A stretch of DNA of 64,000 nt from Acidobacteria bacterium UBA2999 (GTDB lineage Bacteria; Acidobacteriota; Vicinamibacteria; Vicinamibacterales; UBA2999), in assembly GCA_002346475.1 (NCBI GenBank), contig DDZV01000026.1, forward strand, positions 8-64,007, given 5' to 3'. The notes below the pieces were generated by a model, which was given only the letters and a program-made list of their open reading frames with translations, was not told the origin of the DNA and did not search any database. The translations under genes and the position numbers were made by a program. Within the stretch, counting starts at the first letter, position 1. Every line of letters begins with the position of its first letter. Shown piece after piece: positions 41,904 through 52,320 of this stretch.

Positions 41904-43889
41904 ATGGGACTGCTTGAAAAACCACGGGAGCTCGAAGCTGAAGCCAAGCAAGCTGAGGAATTTGCCTTAGCGAAGGCTGAGCGCGTGAGAATCTGTGTAG
42001 AAATTGAGAAAAGCTCTGGTAAAGAGTCAGCCGATCGCGTAGCTGAACTAAAAGCCTTATGGGATGCTCTGCCACCGATGGCAGAAGGGGATGTTGATTC
42101 ATTGGTGCGGCGGTTTCAGGATGGTTGCCACAAATATGAAGATGGCGAGCGTCGGAGACTCCTTGCTGAAACAGCAGTCAGTCGACTTGGGTCATTGGCA
42201 TCTGAGCTTGAGCAGTTGTTGTCAAGCACTCATACCGATGAAGAAATTATAACTCGGTGGCATGGACTTCGAGCTGACGCTGATGCATTACGTGAACACC
42301 AGGAAGCAAACCCAGTTGCTTCAGAAAGCCTGGTGCTTTCGATTGCAAAGCTCGAAGAACGTGAGAAAAAATTTAAGCAGTTACAAACAAAAAGTCGGGA
42401 AGAAAATCTTAAACGTCTTCATCAATCATGCCGCCAGTTAGAAGCGATCTGCGTATCTGAGCGATTAACACTTAAAGCCGGCGATCGCGCGCTCAGGGAG
42501 ATGCAAGACATCCTTAAGCAGCATTTGCCCCTGCCATCTAAGAAGGACCACCAGGAAATTATTGCTAGAGTCGAAGCCATTAAAAACAAACTTTCACCCC
42601 GTGTACAGGAACTTCGGGATATTGATGATTGGAAGCGGTGGGCTAATCTTCAGGTGCAGGAATCGCTTTGTGTAGAAATGGAGAGGCTTTCTTCTTCTAA
42701 GGATCCAAAGGAGTCTTCTCGAAAGATGCGTTTGCTTCAGAACCAATGGAAGCAAGTAGCAGTTGCTCCACGTTTGCAAGGACAAGCTCTTTGGCGGAGA
42801 TTTAAGCGAGCTCAAGATGTTGTATATGGTCAATGTGAGGTTTATCTGTCTGCTCAGACTGCTGAACGTAAAAAAAATCTGGTTCGTAAACAGGAGCTCT
42901 GTGATAAAGCTGAGGCACTAGCAGGATCTTCTAATTGGGTTAAAACAGCGAATTCTATTAAAGCGCTTCAGGATGAGTGGAAAAAAGTTGGTTCCGGACC
43001 TAGAGGCAGTGAGAGAGCAGTTTGGGAGCGGTTCCGTCGAAGTTGCGATAAGTTTTTTACACGTAGAAATGAAGCTCAAAAACATCGGAAAGAAGAATGG
43101 GCAACTAATCTTGTTCTAAAAGAAGCACTTTGCCAAAAAGCTGAGGCACTGTCTGAGAAGACAGACTGGGAATCTAATGCTGCTACTTTAAAGAAGCTAC
43201 AAGCTGAATGGAAAACTGTAGGGCAGGTTCGCAAGTCAAAAGCAGATGTTGTGTGGAAGCGTTTTAATAACGCTTGCGAACGGTTTTTTGAACGGTACAA
43301 GCACCGCGATCAAGTTGATTTAGATCTCAAAGTAACCCAAAAGGAAGTCATAATAAATGAGTTAGAAGGATTCTGTCAGGATGACTTTTCGTTTGAAACG
43401 TCAGAGATTTTGATTGCACGTGTTCAGGAATCTTGTCGGCAGTGGCAGCAGGCGCCAGATTTACCCCGCACTGTACAACAATCTTTAACAGACCGTTATA
43501 AGCAGGCACTTGTTTCTTTGATGTCAAAATTTCCAAATGCTTTTGATGGCACTGAACTTGATCCTGCATTGACTGTTAATCGGATGAAGAAACTTATTGC
43601 ACGCTTAGAAAAATTGATATCAGACCAGGAAGAATCTGAAGAAACATTGTCGCCAACTGAGTTACTTGCGAAGCAGTGGCGTGAAAGACTCGCCGCTAAT
43701 ACAATTTCTACAGGCCATAAGCAGAAAAACCATGTTTCTAAGTGGCGTTCTATAGAGAAGGAAGTTAAGAATGCACAACAGCAATGGGATCGCTTGGATC
43801 CAGTGCCAGCTGAATTAAGCGCTCCATTTATCGATCGTTTTCAGTATGTTTGCCAACAGGTTGTTTCTCAGTACAAACGAATCTCTTGA
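41904..43889 (+). CDS. DUF349 repeat protein
   Basis: 661 aa, helical and charged, with reiterated DUF349-type units (W.RW..., WKQV..., LWRRFKRAQDVVY, WKKVG...VWERFRRSCDKFF, WKTVG...VWKRFNNACERFF). Confidence 0.8.
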   Translation: MGLLEKPRELEAEAKQAEEFALAKAERVRICVEIEKSSGKESADRVAELKALWDALPPMAEGDVDSLVRRFQDGCHKYEDGERRRLLAETAVSRLGSLASELEQLLSSTHTDEEIITRWHGLRADADALREHQEANPVASESLVLSIAKLEEREKKFKQLQTKSREENLKRLHQSCRQLEAICVSERLTLKAGDRALREMQDILKQHLPLPSKKDHQEIIARVEAIKNKLSPRVQELRDIDDWKRWANLQVQESLCVEMERLSSSKDPKESSRKMRLLQNQWKQVAVAPRLQGQALWRRFKRAQDVVYGQCEVYLSAQTAERKKNLVRKQELCDKAEALAGSSNWVKTANSIKALQDEWKKVGSGPRGSERAVWERFRRSCDKFFTRRNEAQKHRKEEWATNLVLKEALCQKAEALSEKTDWESNAATLKKLQAEWKTVGQVRKSKADVVWKRFNNACERFFERYKHRDQVDLDLKVTQKEVIINELEGFCQDDFSFETSEILIARVQESCRQWQQAPDLPRTVQQSLTDRYKQALVSLMSKFPNAFDGTELDPALTVNRMKKLIARLEKLISDQEESEETLSPTELLAKQWRERLAANTISTGHKQKNHVSKWRSIEKEVKNAQQQWDRLDPVPAELSAPFIDRFQYVCQQVVSQYKRIS

Positions 43890-43923
43890 TGCGATTGTTT
43901 TGGGACCCGCTGTTTTTTAGAAA

Positions 43924-45831
43924 CTAACCTTCAAGATAGGTGTATCCTTCAAGGCCTTCTTCATAGAAGCGTAATAGTTGACCAGCTCCTTCGTAATCAA
44001 TCTGTCCTGAACGTACGGCGGTTTCTACATCTGTGCGTATCTTTCCAAGGAGCATGTCGGCATCGAACTCTACATAATTAAGCACCTCCCGGACTGTGTC
44101 GCCTTTGACAAGTGCGTTGAGTCTGACCTCTCCTGTTTCGTCCAGACTAACGTGGACTGCGTGAGTATCACCGAAGAGGTTGTGGAGGTCCCCAAGGATT
44201 TCTTGATAAGCACCGACAAGAAACACGCCAAGATAGTAGGGTTTACCTGTGAAAGTATGTAGAGGAAGTGTTCTTTTAACGTCACGCCGGTCAACAAATC
44301 GGTCTAGTTTTCCGTCAGAATCACAAGTTATATCCCCAAGCACTGCATGCATTGTTGGTTGTTCATTGAGGCGATGAATTGGAATTATAGGAAAGATCTG
44401 ATCAATGGCCCAACTGTCTGGGATTGACTGGAACAATGAAAAATTACAGAAACATGTATCTGCGAGTTGTTCGTCAAGGTTTTGAAGGTCTTCAGGTACT
44501 TCGTTCATCGTGGGAAGGAGCTTCTGTAGTTTTGTGCAGATAGCCCAGAATAAATTTTCAGCCATGCTACGTTGTTCAAGGGGAAGATAGCCTCCTGTGA
44601 ATAGACTGAGGGACATGTCAAGTGCTTGTTGAGCGTCATGAAATGCTTCAAGAGCATTCCCTGCGTTAAGACTATTGTAGGTCTCTATCAGATCTACTAC
44701 TGGTTGCTCCATGTCAGAAGTTTCAGCTGTTGGGACACTTTCAGCACCAAATCCTGATACTCCAAGTACGTTAAAAACGAGGACGCTGTGGTAAGCAACA
44801 ACAGCTCTTCCGCTTTCAGAAATGATGGTTGGATGTGCAAGGTTCGTTTCGTCACAGACTGTTTGTATATGGTAGACGACGTCATTGGCGTACTCTTCGA
44901 GGGAGTAATTCATACTCGAATCGAAATTAGTACGTGATCCGTCATAATCAACGCCAAGCCCGCCCCCGACGTCGATATATTCCAGGCCAGCACCCATCCT
45001 AGCGAGCTCACTGTAAACTCTAGCTGCCTCATGGAGTGCACCCTTGATGATTCGAATGCTAGTAATTTGGCTTCCAAGGTGAAAGTGTAGAAGCTTGAGA
45101 CAATCTTCCATGTCTCGTGTTTTTAATTCCTCAAGACCACGCATAATTTCTGTGACTGTCAGGCCAAATTTTGATCGAAATCCTCCTGAGGAATGCCAAC
45201 GCCCACTGCCGCGAGAGGCTAATTTGACGCGCATCCCAATTTGTGGCCTTACACCAATCTTGTCGGCGTGTTCGAGAATTAGACCGAGTTCGGTGTATTT
45301 TTCAACTACAGGAATGATATTTCGACCGATCTTTTGAGCCAGCATGGCTGCTTCGATAAATTCTGCATCCTTGAACCCATTGCAAATAATAGGAGTTTTA
45401 TTGTCAGCGAGAGCCATGACTGCTAGAAGTTCAGGTTTAGAACCAGCCTCAAGTCCAAATTGATAAGGTTTTCCGAAGTTAAGGACTTCTTCGACAACTT
45501 GTCGTTGTTGATTGACTTTAATTGGATATACGCAGCAATAACGACCTTTATATTGATGTTCTGTGATCGCTGATTGAAATGCGGTGTAAATATCCCCGAG
45601 GCGGTGTTTCAGAATATCAGTAAAGCGGACTAATACAGGCAATCCAATACCACGCAACTGGAGGAGATCAATGAGTTTCTTTAGATCGATAGCTTTGTCG
45701 GGCTCCTTGGTTGGATGAACCTGTACGTGTCCAGAATTGTTAATGGAGAAGTAATCATTGCCCCAGCGAGGAATTTCATATAGTGCACTGGCGGTTTTCA
45801 CGCTCCATTGCTTAGTTTTCATCGTTTTCAT
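43924..45831 (-). CDS. speA: Biosynthetic arginine decarboxylase
   Basis: 635 aa. N-terminus ...YEIPRWGNDYFSINNSGHVQVHP, the PLP lysine region YPIKVNQQ, GLEAGSKPEL and DVGGGLGVDYDG are typical of SpeA. Confidence 0.94.
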   Translation of the reverse strand: MKTMKTKQWSVKTASALYEIPRWGNDYFSINNSGHVQVHPTKEPDKAIDLKKLIDLLQLRGIGLPVLVRFTDILKHRLGDIYTAFQSAITEHQYKGRYCCVYPIKVNQQRQVVEEVLNFGKPYQFGLEAGSKPELLAVMALADNKTPIICNGFKDAEFIEAAMLAQKIGRNIIPVVEKYTELGLILEHADKIGVRPQIGMRVKLASRGSGRWHSSGGFRSKFGLTVTEIMRGLEELKTRDMEDCLKLLHFHLGSQITSIRIIKGALHEAARVYSELARMGAGLEYIDVGGGLGVDYDGSRTNFDSSMNYSLEEYANDVVYHIQTVCDETNLAHPTIISESGRAVVAYHSVLVFNVLGVSGFGAESVPTAETSDMEQPVVDLIETYNSLNAGNALEAFHDAQQALDMSLSLFTGGYLPLEQRSMAENLFWAICTKLQKLLPTMNEVPEDLQNLDEQLADTCFCNFSLFQSIPDSWAIDQIFPIIPIHRLNEQPTMHAVLGDITCDSDGKLDRFVDRRDVKRTLPLHTFTGKPYYLGVFLVGAYQEILGDLHNLFGDTHAVHVSLDETGEVRLNALVKGDTVREVLNYVEFDADMLLGKIRTDVETAVRSGQIDYEGAGQLLRFYEEGLEGYTYLEG

Positions 45832-45920
45832 CTGGAGATTTATGATAAACGGTTTTTGTTTCGGTGACGCCCTGAATTTCAGGCTGTCACAAAAAAGATA
45901 ACGACTGGTATGCTGTATGT

Positions 45921-46304
45921 ATGAGCGAGCGTGTTCCAGCTATTAAAGTCCTTTTGTTGCCCAAGGACACTAATCCAATGGGAACGATCTTTGGTGGTGT
46001 GATTCTTTCGCATATTGACTTGGCATCTGCGGTAGAAGCACGTAAGTGTGGCGCGCATCGTTATTTGACAAGGGCGATGCGGGAAGTTGAGTTTCATGAG
46101 CCAGTTTTCCTTGGTGATGTAGTTAATTTTTTCACTGAAACTGTCCGTATTGGGAAAACATCCGTGGTTGTTCGCGTTTCAGTTGAAGCAGAACGGTGGG
46201 GTGCTGGTCATGGTGAGCGCGTTAAAGTGACGGAAGCTGAAGTTGTCCTCGTTGCAGTAGATGAGGATGGTCAGCCTGTGCCAATTCGTTCCGACTCTCA
46301 TTAA
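45921..46304 (+). CDS. Acyl-CoA thioesterase (hotdog fold, YciA-like)
   Basis: 127 aa. LLPKDTNPMGTIFGGVILSHIDLA...VEFHEPVFLGDVV...GKTSVVVRVSV is the YciA/Acot-type hotdog pattern. Confidence 0.82.
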   Translation: MSERVPAIKVLLLPKDTNPMGTIFGGVILSHIDLASAVEARKCGAHRYLTRAMREVEFHEPVFLGDVVNFFTETVRIGKTSVVVRVSVEAERWGAGHGERVKVTEAEVVLVAVDEDGQPVPIRSDSH

Positions 46305-46376
46305 TCTTTACTCAGAAGGGCATCAGTAGTTTAAAACACAGTTTTTAGTCTGCTTTAAGATAATAAGATACTGTAA

Positions 46377-48212
46377 ATGGAATCCTACCGTCCTTCGACT
46401 GGTCAGTTGCCTGACCGGAATCAAATCCCTGCGCGTTATCAGTGGGACCTAACTGCAATCTGTCTGGATTGGGCAGCTTGGGATCAGTGTTTTGCAGATA
46501 TTGAAAAAGGCATCGAACGACTTAAGGGACTAGAGGGGACTTTAGCAGGCAGTGGGGAAGCACTTCTTGTAGCGTTGCAAGAATTTGATCGTGTAGAGCA
46601 GTTGATGTATCGAGTTTGGTACTTTGCTTCATTACATTACGATCAAGATCAACGTGATAACAGTATTAATGCTAAGCGTCAGAATGTGCAGATATTATTT
46701 GCCCAACACCAACAGGCCACTTCTTGGTTTAACCCAGAATTACTCAAAATTCCTATTAAAAAAGTTCATACGTGGATGGAGACAACGTCCGATCTTGCGG
46801 TTTACCGATTTGCTATTGACAGTCTCTATCATGAGCAAGAGCACGTTCTTGATGCCCAGGGCGAGCGACTTCTTTCTTATGCCGGTCGGTTTACTGAGGC
46901 TCCTCATGATGCGTACTCAGCATTGACGACTGCAGATATTAGTTTTCCGTCACTCACACTGTCTACTGGTGAGAGCGTGTTGCTATCTTACGGTCAGTAT
47001 CGAGCATTGCTCGAAACTAATAGAAATCAGGAAGATAGGGTTTCGGCCTACCGAGCTTTTCATAATTTATATGCTGAAAATTTGAACACTCATGCTGCTT
47101 TGTACAATGGTGTCCTGCAGCGAGATTGGTTTCATGCGCGAGCTCGTGGTTATAAGACAACGCTTGAGGCTGCGTTGCACGGAAATAATATTCCAACTTC
47201 AGTAGTTGAAAATCTAATTCAGGAAACACGATCTGGTGCCTCAGCATTGCAGCGGTACCATCGTCTACGGCGACGTGTGCTAGGACTTGATACTTACCGA
47301 CTGTGCGATGTCTCAGTGCCACTCGTAGAGTATGACAAACGCTACCCATATGATGAAGTGGTTGATTGGGTTGTCTCGTCTGTTTCTCTGTTGGGTTCAG
47401 ATTACCAGCGCCACGTACGTAGTGCTTTTGAGGAAGGCTGGATTGATGTTTTTGAAAATACAGGAAAACGCAGTGGAGCTTACTCTGCACCAGTATATGG
47501 CGCACATCCTTACATGTTATTGAACTATAACGAAACACTGGATGCTGTTTTTACTCTCGCACATGAAATGGGCCATTCGATGCACACGCTGCTTGCTGAG
47601 CAGGCACAGCCCTTTCGATATGCGGACTATGAAATTTTTGTTGCAGAAGTGCCGTCGACACTTAGCGAGGCGCTATTTCTTGATTTCATGCTTTCGCGTG
47701 CCTCATCTAAAGAAGGACGGATTGTGTTACTGCAGCATGCGATAGATAGCATTGCGAGTACTTTTTTTACTCAGGTGCTATTTGCAGATTTTGAGTTGCA
47801 GGCACATCGACTTGTTGAGCAGGACAAACCTGTAACGGCAAGCGCACTCAATGATATTTATACAGGACTTCTTAGCGATTATTACGATAATGTGTTTGAT
47901 GAGGAGGAACTATCCCAAGTAACCTGGGCTCGCATTCCGCATTTTTTCAGTACGCCGTACTATGTGTATCAGTACGCTACGTGTTTTGCGTCAACGGCGA
48001 GACTTATGCAGGATTTTAGGGCCGTTGATTTAAAACAACAGAGTGATGGAGTTGCACGTTATCTTGGACTTCTCAGAGCTGGTGGGAGTGATTATCCTAT
48101 CCAGTTATTGCAAAAAGCAGGTATAGATCTTACAAAACCAAACACTGTGCGGGCTGTGATGTCTGAGTTGGATGGGCTAGTGACTAGACTTGAAAATGAA
48201 CTGCAGCTATAA
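46377..48212 (+). CDS. pepF: Oligoendopeptidase F (M3B family)
   Basis: 611 aa with the zinc motif [11 protein letters not shown] and a downstream E (FVAEVPS). Length and pattern are typical of PepF. Confidence 0.9.
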   Translation: MESYRPSTGQLPDRNQIPARYQWDLTAICLDWAAWDQCFADIEKGIERLKGLEGTLAGSGEALLVALQEFDRVEQLMYRVWYFASLHYDQDQRDNSINAKRQNVQILFAQHQQATSWFNPELLKIPIKKVHTWMETTSDLAVYRFAIDSLYHEQEHVLDAQGERLLSYAGRFTEAPHDAYSALTTADISFPSLTLSTGESVLLSYGQYRALLETNRNQEDRVSAYRAFHNLYAENLNTHAALYNGVLQRDWFHARARGYKTTLEAALHGNNIPTSVVENLIQETRSGASALQRYHRLRRRVLGLDTYRLCDVSVPLVEYDKRYPYDEVVDWVVSSVSLLGSDYQRHVRSAFEEGWIDVFENTGKRSGAYSAPVYGAHPYMLLNYNETLDAVFTLAHEMGHSMHTLLAEQAQPFRYADYEIFVAEVPSTLSEALFLDFMLSRASSKEGRIVLLQHAIDSIASTFFTQVLFADFELQAHRLVEQDKPVTASALNDIYTGLLSDYYDNVFDEEELSQVTWARIPHFFSTPYYVYQYATCFASTARLMQDFRAVDLKQQSDGVARYLGLLRAGGSDYPIQLLQKAGIDLTKPNTVRAVMSELDGLVTRLENELQL

Positions 48213-48289
48213 AGTTGAAGGTTTTGTACATCGGCAATTTTGTCGATAATTGTACAGACACATATCGTGAGCCAAGAGAGAGGAAAACT

Positions 48290-49789
48290 ATGGCAACTGT
48301 GCTCGAGAAAACCCATGGATTCGAATTAGCCAAGAAAGCTGGCCGAACCCCTTATAAGGTTGCTGACATGACCCTTGCGGAATGGGGTCGTAAAGAGATC
48401 CGTCTGGCTGAGCACGAGATGCCTGGACTCATGGCTCTACGTCTCCGGTATCGGGATCAAAAGCCACTAGCGGGAGCCAGGATTATGGGCAGTCTTCATA
48501 TGACTGTTCAAACCGCTGTACTAATTGAAACTTTATGTGAACTTGGTGCTGATGTGCGATGGGTGTCGTGCAATATTTTCTCAACGCAAGATCACGCAGC
48601 TGCAGCAGTTGTGGTCGGCCAACCTGAGACAGGTGGTTCAGCAGAAGATCCAAGGGGCACACCAGTTTTTGCGTGGAAAGGTGAATCGCTCGACGAATAC
48701 TGGTGGTGTACGAAAGAGGCACTTGTTTGGCCTGATGGTAAGGGGCCGACACTTATTGTTGATGATGGTGGTGATGCCACCATGTTTGTCCATAAGGCTG
48801 AGGAATTCGAACGGACTAGCACTGTCCCTGCATTCGATCCTGAAAAGGATTCAGAAGAGTGGGGTGTAATACTCAAGAGAATAGCTCAAGAGTTAAAAGA
48901 GAATCCTGGGCTTTGGACTCAAGTAGCTTCTGGTATTCGGGGTGTTAGTGAGGAAACAACCACTGGTGTCCATCGCTTATATCAAATGATGGAAGCTGAA
49001 ACCTTGTTGTTCCCAGCAATCAATGTCAATGATTCTGTTACAAAGAGTAAGTTTGACAATATTTATGGGTGTCGTCACTCACTGCCTGATGGCCTTGCAC
49101 GCGCGACTGATGTGATGCTCGGAGGAAAGGTAGCTGTTGTATGTGGTTATGGGGAGGTTGGTAAGGGTTGCGCTCAGGCACTGCGTGGACAGGGCTGTCG
49201 AGTGATTGTTACAGAGATTGATCCCATTTGTGCTCTTCAGGCTGCGATGGAAGGCTTTGAGGTGACAACGCTAGAAAAAGTTATTGATGTTGCGGACATC
49301 CTCATTACGGCCACTGGAAATTTAAATGTAGTGACCGTTGCCCACATGCAGCGTATGCAAGACAAATCAATTATTGGGAATATTGGACATTTTGATAACG
49401 AGATTGACATGGCTGGGCTCAAGAAATTTCCAGGCGTGGAACACATTAACATTAAGCCACAGTACGATGAGTGGCGTTTTCCAGACGGTCACAGTGTGTT
49501 GATTCTGGCTGAGGGACGTTTATTAAATCTTGGGTGTGCGACAGGCCATCCTAGTTTTGTAATGTCGGCCTCGTTTACGAACCAGGTACTTGCGCAGCTT
49601 GAGCTTCATAAACAGGCTGAAAAATATGGAAAAGAAGTAACAATGCTACCGAAGACCCTTGATGAAGAGGTGGCACGCCTACACCTTGAACACTTAGGTG
49701 TAGAGCTTACGACTCTAACATCCTCGCAGGCCGAGTATATCGGTGTGCCAACTGATGGACCTTACAAGCCAGGACACTATCGGTACTAA
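48290..49789 (+). CDS. ahcY: Adenosylhomocysteinase
   Basis: ORF track starts at 48215. The ATG at 48290, preceded by GAGAGGAAAA, gives [37 protein letters not shown], which aligns with the AhcY N-terminus. NAD motif [10 protein letters not shown] and the C-terminal YRY are present. Confidence 0.96.
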   Translation: MATVLEKTHGFELAKKAGRTPYKVADMTLAEWGRKEIRLAEHEMPGLMALRLRYRDQKPLAGARIMGSLHMTVQTAVLIETLCELGADVRWVSCNIFSTQDHAAAAVVVGQPETGGSAEDPRGTPVFAWKGESLDEYWWCTKEALVWPDGKGPTLIVDDGGDATMFVHKAEEFERTSTVPAFDPEKDSEEWGVILKRIAQELKENPGLWTQVASGIRGVSEETTTGVHRLYQMMEAETLLFPAINVNDSVTKSKFDNIYGCRHSLPDGLARATDVMLGGKVAVVCGYGEVGKGCAQALRGQGCRVIVTEIDPICALQAAMEGFEVTTLEKVIDVADILITATGNLNVVTVAHMQRMQDKSIIGNIGHFDNEIDMAGLKKFPGVEHINIKPQYDEWRFPDGHSVLILAEGRLLNLGCATGHPSFVMSASFTNQVLAQLELHKQAEKYGKEVTMLPKTLDEEVARLHLEHLGVELTTLTSSQAEYIGVPTDGPYKPGHYRY

Positions 49790-49891
49790 TCTGATTAGCA
49801 TCTATCGTTTACTGATAGAGTTCGATATGAATTCAATAATATCGAAGGTTGGTAAGGACTAGGCGTATCAAGGATTGAATCTTCTCCGGAG

Positions 49892-50158
49892 ATGCTTCTA
49901 GGTTCGATAATGCATTGCTACCGCTCTGATGTGCTAGAACAACTCTGGAAGCATGGTGTCCAGCCGACTACTAATACCCAGCCAGAGCTTGTCCACGAAT
50001 TTGTGAGTGACCTTTACAGGTATGAATTGCGTAAGCTTCGCGATTGTCTCGTGCGTCGCGAGATCCCAAAGACCGGTTACTACGATCGGGTGGTTGAGAT
50101 TAGGTGTCGGTATCCACTTCTCTCTGCAAAACCTCAAGAATGGCTTCTGCCAAACTGA
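49892..50158 (+). CDS. Hypothetical small protein
   Basis: 88 aa, basic and helical (ELVHEFVSDLYRYELRKLRDCLVRREIPKTGYYDRVVEIRCRYPLL). No family recognised. Lies between ahcY and the aminotransferase on the same strand. Confidence 0.4.
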   Translation: MLLGSIMHCYRSDVLEQLWKHGVQPTTNTQPELVHEFVSDLYRYELRKLRDCLVRREIPKTGYYDRVVEIRCRYPLLSAKPQEWLLPN

Positions 50159-50212
50159 TTCTTTCTTGTGTCGCAAACAACTATCTAAAGTTGTTCGTGA
50201 TAACGTCAAGAT

Positions 50213-51364
50213 ATGAGCGCCATGTCATTCCCATCTAAATTGCCGAGTTCTGGGACTAGCATTTTTACGGTGATGACGAAGCTTGCTAATGAGCATCATG
50301 CGATTAATCTTTCACAAGGATTTCCAGACTTTGACTGTGCGCCAGAACTTGTTGAAGCTGTCGCCAGTTACATGCGTAAAGGCGAGAACCAGTATGCAAT
50401 GACACAAGGTGCAGCAACTTTACGTGAGGCGCTGGCAGATAAAGTTTATCGACTTTACAAAAGAAAGTACGATCCAGAGACAGAGATTACTGTTACTGCC
50501 GGTGCGACGGAGGGCTTGTTTAGTGCGATTACAGCCCTTGTTCATCCTGGAGACGAGGTTATTTTATTTGAACCAGCGTACGATTCATACGTTCCTGTGG
50601 TGAGGCTTAGTGGCGGAGATCCAGTTTTTGTAACGCTCCGGTTCCCTGATTATAGAATTGACTGGGATGAGGTCCGTCGTGCCCTTAGTCCAAAAACTCG
50701 ACTACTTATTATTAACTCACCTCACAATCCAACTGGTACTATTCTCAAGGAAAAGGATATTCTTGAACTCAAGCGAGTTCTCGAAAAAACTTCAGCGTTA
50801 GTAATCAGCGATGAGGTGTACGAACACGTAGTGTTTGACGAAGCTGAGCACCTCAGTCTTGCACGAGATCCTATTCTTGCAGAGAGAGCTATTGTTATTA
50901 GTTCGTTTGGAAAGACTTATCACACTACAGGCTGGAAGGTTGGTTACTGTCTAGCACCTAAAGAGGTGAGTGCTGAGATTCAGCGTATTCACCAGTTTGT
51001 AACATTCTCTGTGAATAACGCTGTTCAGAACGCTTATGCAGATTTTTTAGTGCGTGATCCACTAGCTTCTGGAGTTTCAGTTTTCTATCAGCAGAAGCGT
51101 GACCTTTTTCTATCAGTACTCCAAGAGACGCGATTTCGGCCTCTTCCATGTGCTGGAACCTACTTTCAATTATTAGATTATTCTTCCATCACAAATGAGC
51201 CGGATACAAATGTTGCTCTTCAGTTACTTCAGGAACAGGGTGTTGCGTCAATTCCTTTGTCCCCATTTTTATATGCCTCTGCACCAGATCCAGTACTTCG
51301 ATTTTGCTTTGCAAAACGAGATGATACTTTGGAACAGGCAGCTGCACGGCTAAGACGTGTTTAA
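50213..51364 (+). CDS. Class I/II pyridoxal-phosphate aminotransferase (YbdL/methionine aminotransferase-like)
   Basis: 383 aa. INLSQGFPDF, NSPHNPTG and the PLP-lysine region SSFGKTYHTTGWKVGY are present. Confidence 0.88.
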   Translation: MSAMSFPSKLPSSGTSIFTVMTKLANEHHAINLSQGFPDFDCAPELVEAVASYMRKGENQYAMTQGAATLREALADKVYRLYKRKYDPETEITVTAGATEGLFSAITALVHPGDEVILFEPAYDSYVPVVRLSGGDPVFVTLRFPDYRIDWDEVRRALSPKTRLLIINSPHNPTGTILKEKDILELKRVLEKTSALVISDEVYEHVVFDEAEHLSLARDPILAERAIVISSFGKTYHTTGWKVGYCLAPKEVSAEIQRIHQFVTFSVNNAVQNAYADFLVRDPLASGVSVFYQQKRDLFLSVLQETRFRPLPCAGTYFQLLDYSSITNEPDTNVALQLLQEQGVASIPLSPFLYASAPDPVLRFCFAKRDDTLEQAAARLRRV

Positions 51365-52235
51365 GGTACGGTTGCTGGCGGGTTGGCTTGTTCTATTCAC
51401 GTATTTTATGTTCGTTGTGCCAGTGCTGGTACTTGGCACTACCGAGGATGACAGTGTTCAAAAGACCGAAGTGCTTGGACGTATTGGTGGGTATGTTCAA
51501 CGCTATTACGCTCAGATGCAGAGTGTCATAAGCCAAGAAACCGTTATTCTCCATTCGATGAGCCATGATGCACGACCGTTATTCCCATCTCGACAGTTAG
51601 TTTACGAACTCAGGATTGAATGGGACCCAGTAGCAGAGATTGGCCAACGGGCTAAGGCTGTGCGGGAGTTGCTTTCCGTAAATGGTCGTGATCCTCGTCC
51701 AAGCGATACCCCTAGTTGTACTGACCCAAAAGCCATGGCATCAGAACTTTTGGCAATGTTGTTACCAGAGACACAAAATGATTATGAGTTTGTATTGGCT
51801 GGGGAACGTGAGGTAGATGGTCAACTTGCAGTTTTGATCGAATATAGGTCTATTGCCAAAGCTTCTGCTGAGGTGGAATGGTCTGATGAGTGTATAACTA
51901 TTGAACTTGAGGGGCGTACGCGAGGGCGTATTTGGGCTGAGAAGGCTACTGGACAAGTTTTACGATTTGAAGAGGCTCTTACGGGTCCCTTTACGGTACC
52001 TGTGCCTTTCGATCAGCAGCGGCTTGGCAGTCCACTCAGGCTTGTCGTTGAAAGAGTAGATACGTCAATACGCTATAAACCTGTTCAATTCACCGATCCT
52101 GCCGAAACCCTCTTGCTTCCAGCATCCATTGATCGTCTCACTATTGTCAAAAATGCTGGCGTTCCTCGAATGCTCATGTTGCAATCTTTTAGTAGATACA
52201 GACGTTTTTTGACTGAAGCCAGCATTGTTCAGTAA
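51357..52235 (+). CDS. Hypothetical exported or membrane-anchored protein
   Basis: 292 aa. The GTG start overlaps the aminotransferase stop by 8 nt. Has an N-terminal hydrophobic helix. Beta-rich body with a faint LolA-like flavour, but no confident family. Confidence 0.55.
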   Translation: MFKVRLLAGWLVLFTYFMFVVPVLVLGTTEDDSVQKTEVLGRIGGYVQRYYAQMQSVISQETVILHSMSHDARPLFPSRQLVYELRIEWDPVAEIGQRAKAVRELLSVNGRDPRPSDTPSCTDPKAMASELLAMLLPETQNDYEFVLAGEREVDGQLAVLIEYRSIAKASAEVEWSDECITIELEGRTRGRIWAEKATGQVLRFEEALTGPFTVPVPFDQQRLGSPLRLVVERVDTSIRYKPVQFTDPAETLLLPASIDRLTIVKNAGVPRMLMLQSFSRYRRFLTEASIVQ

Positions 52236-52320
52236 AAGATTAAGATTGTTTTCAAATACTTGAGTGGTTGCGGATAACATAGCAACGTATCGTATCCTGG
52301 TGGAAAATGAGGTTTTCTAA

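Noticed and set aside
47017-47538. 173 aa minus-strand ORF inside pepF
   Set aside because: It is antisense to a confidently identified M3B peptidase gene and has no recognisable motifs. It is probably a chance open frame.
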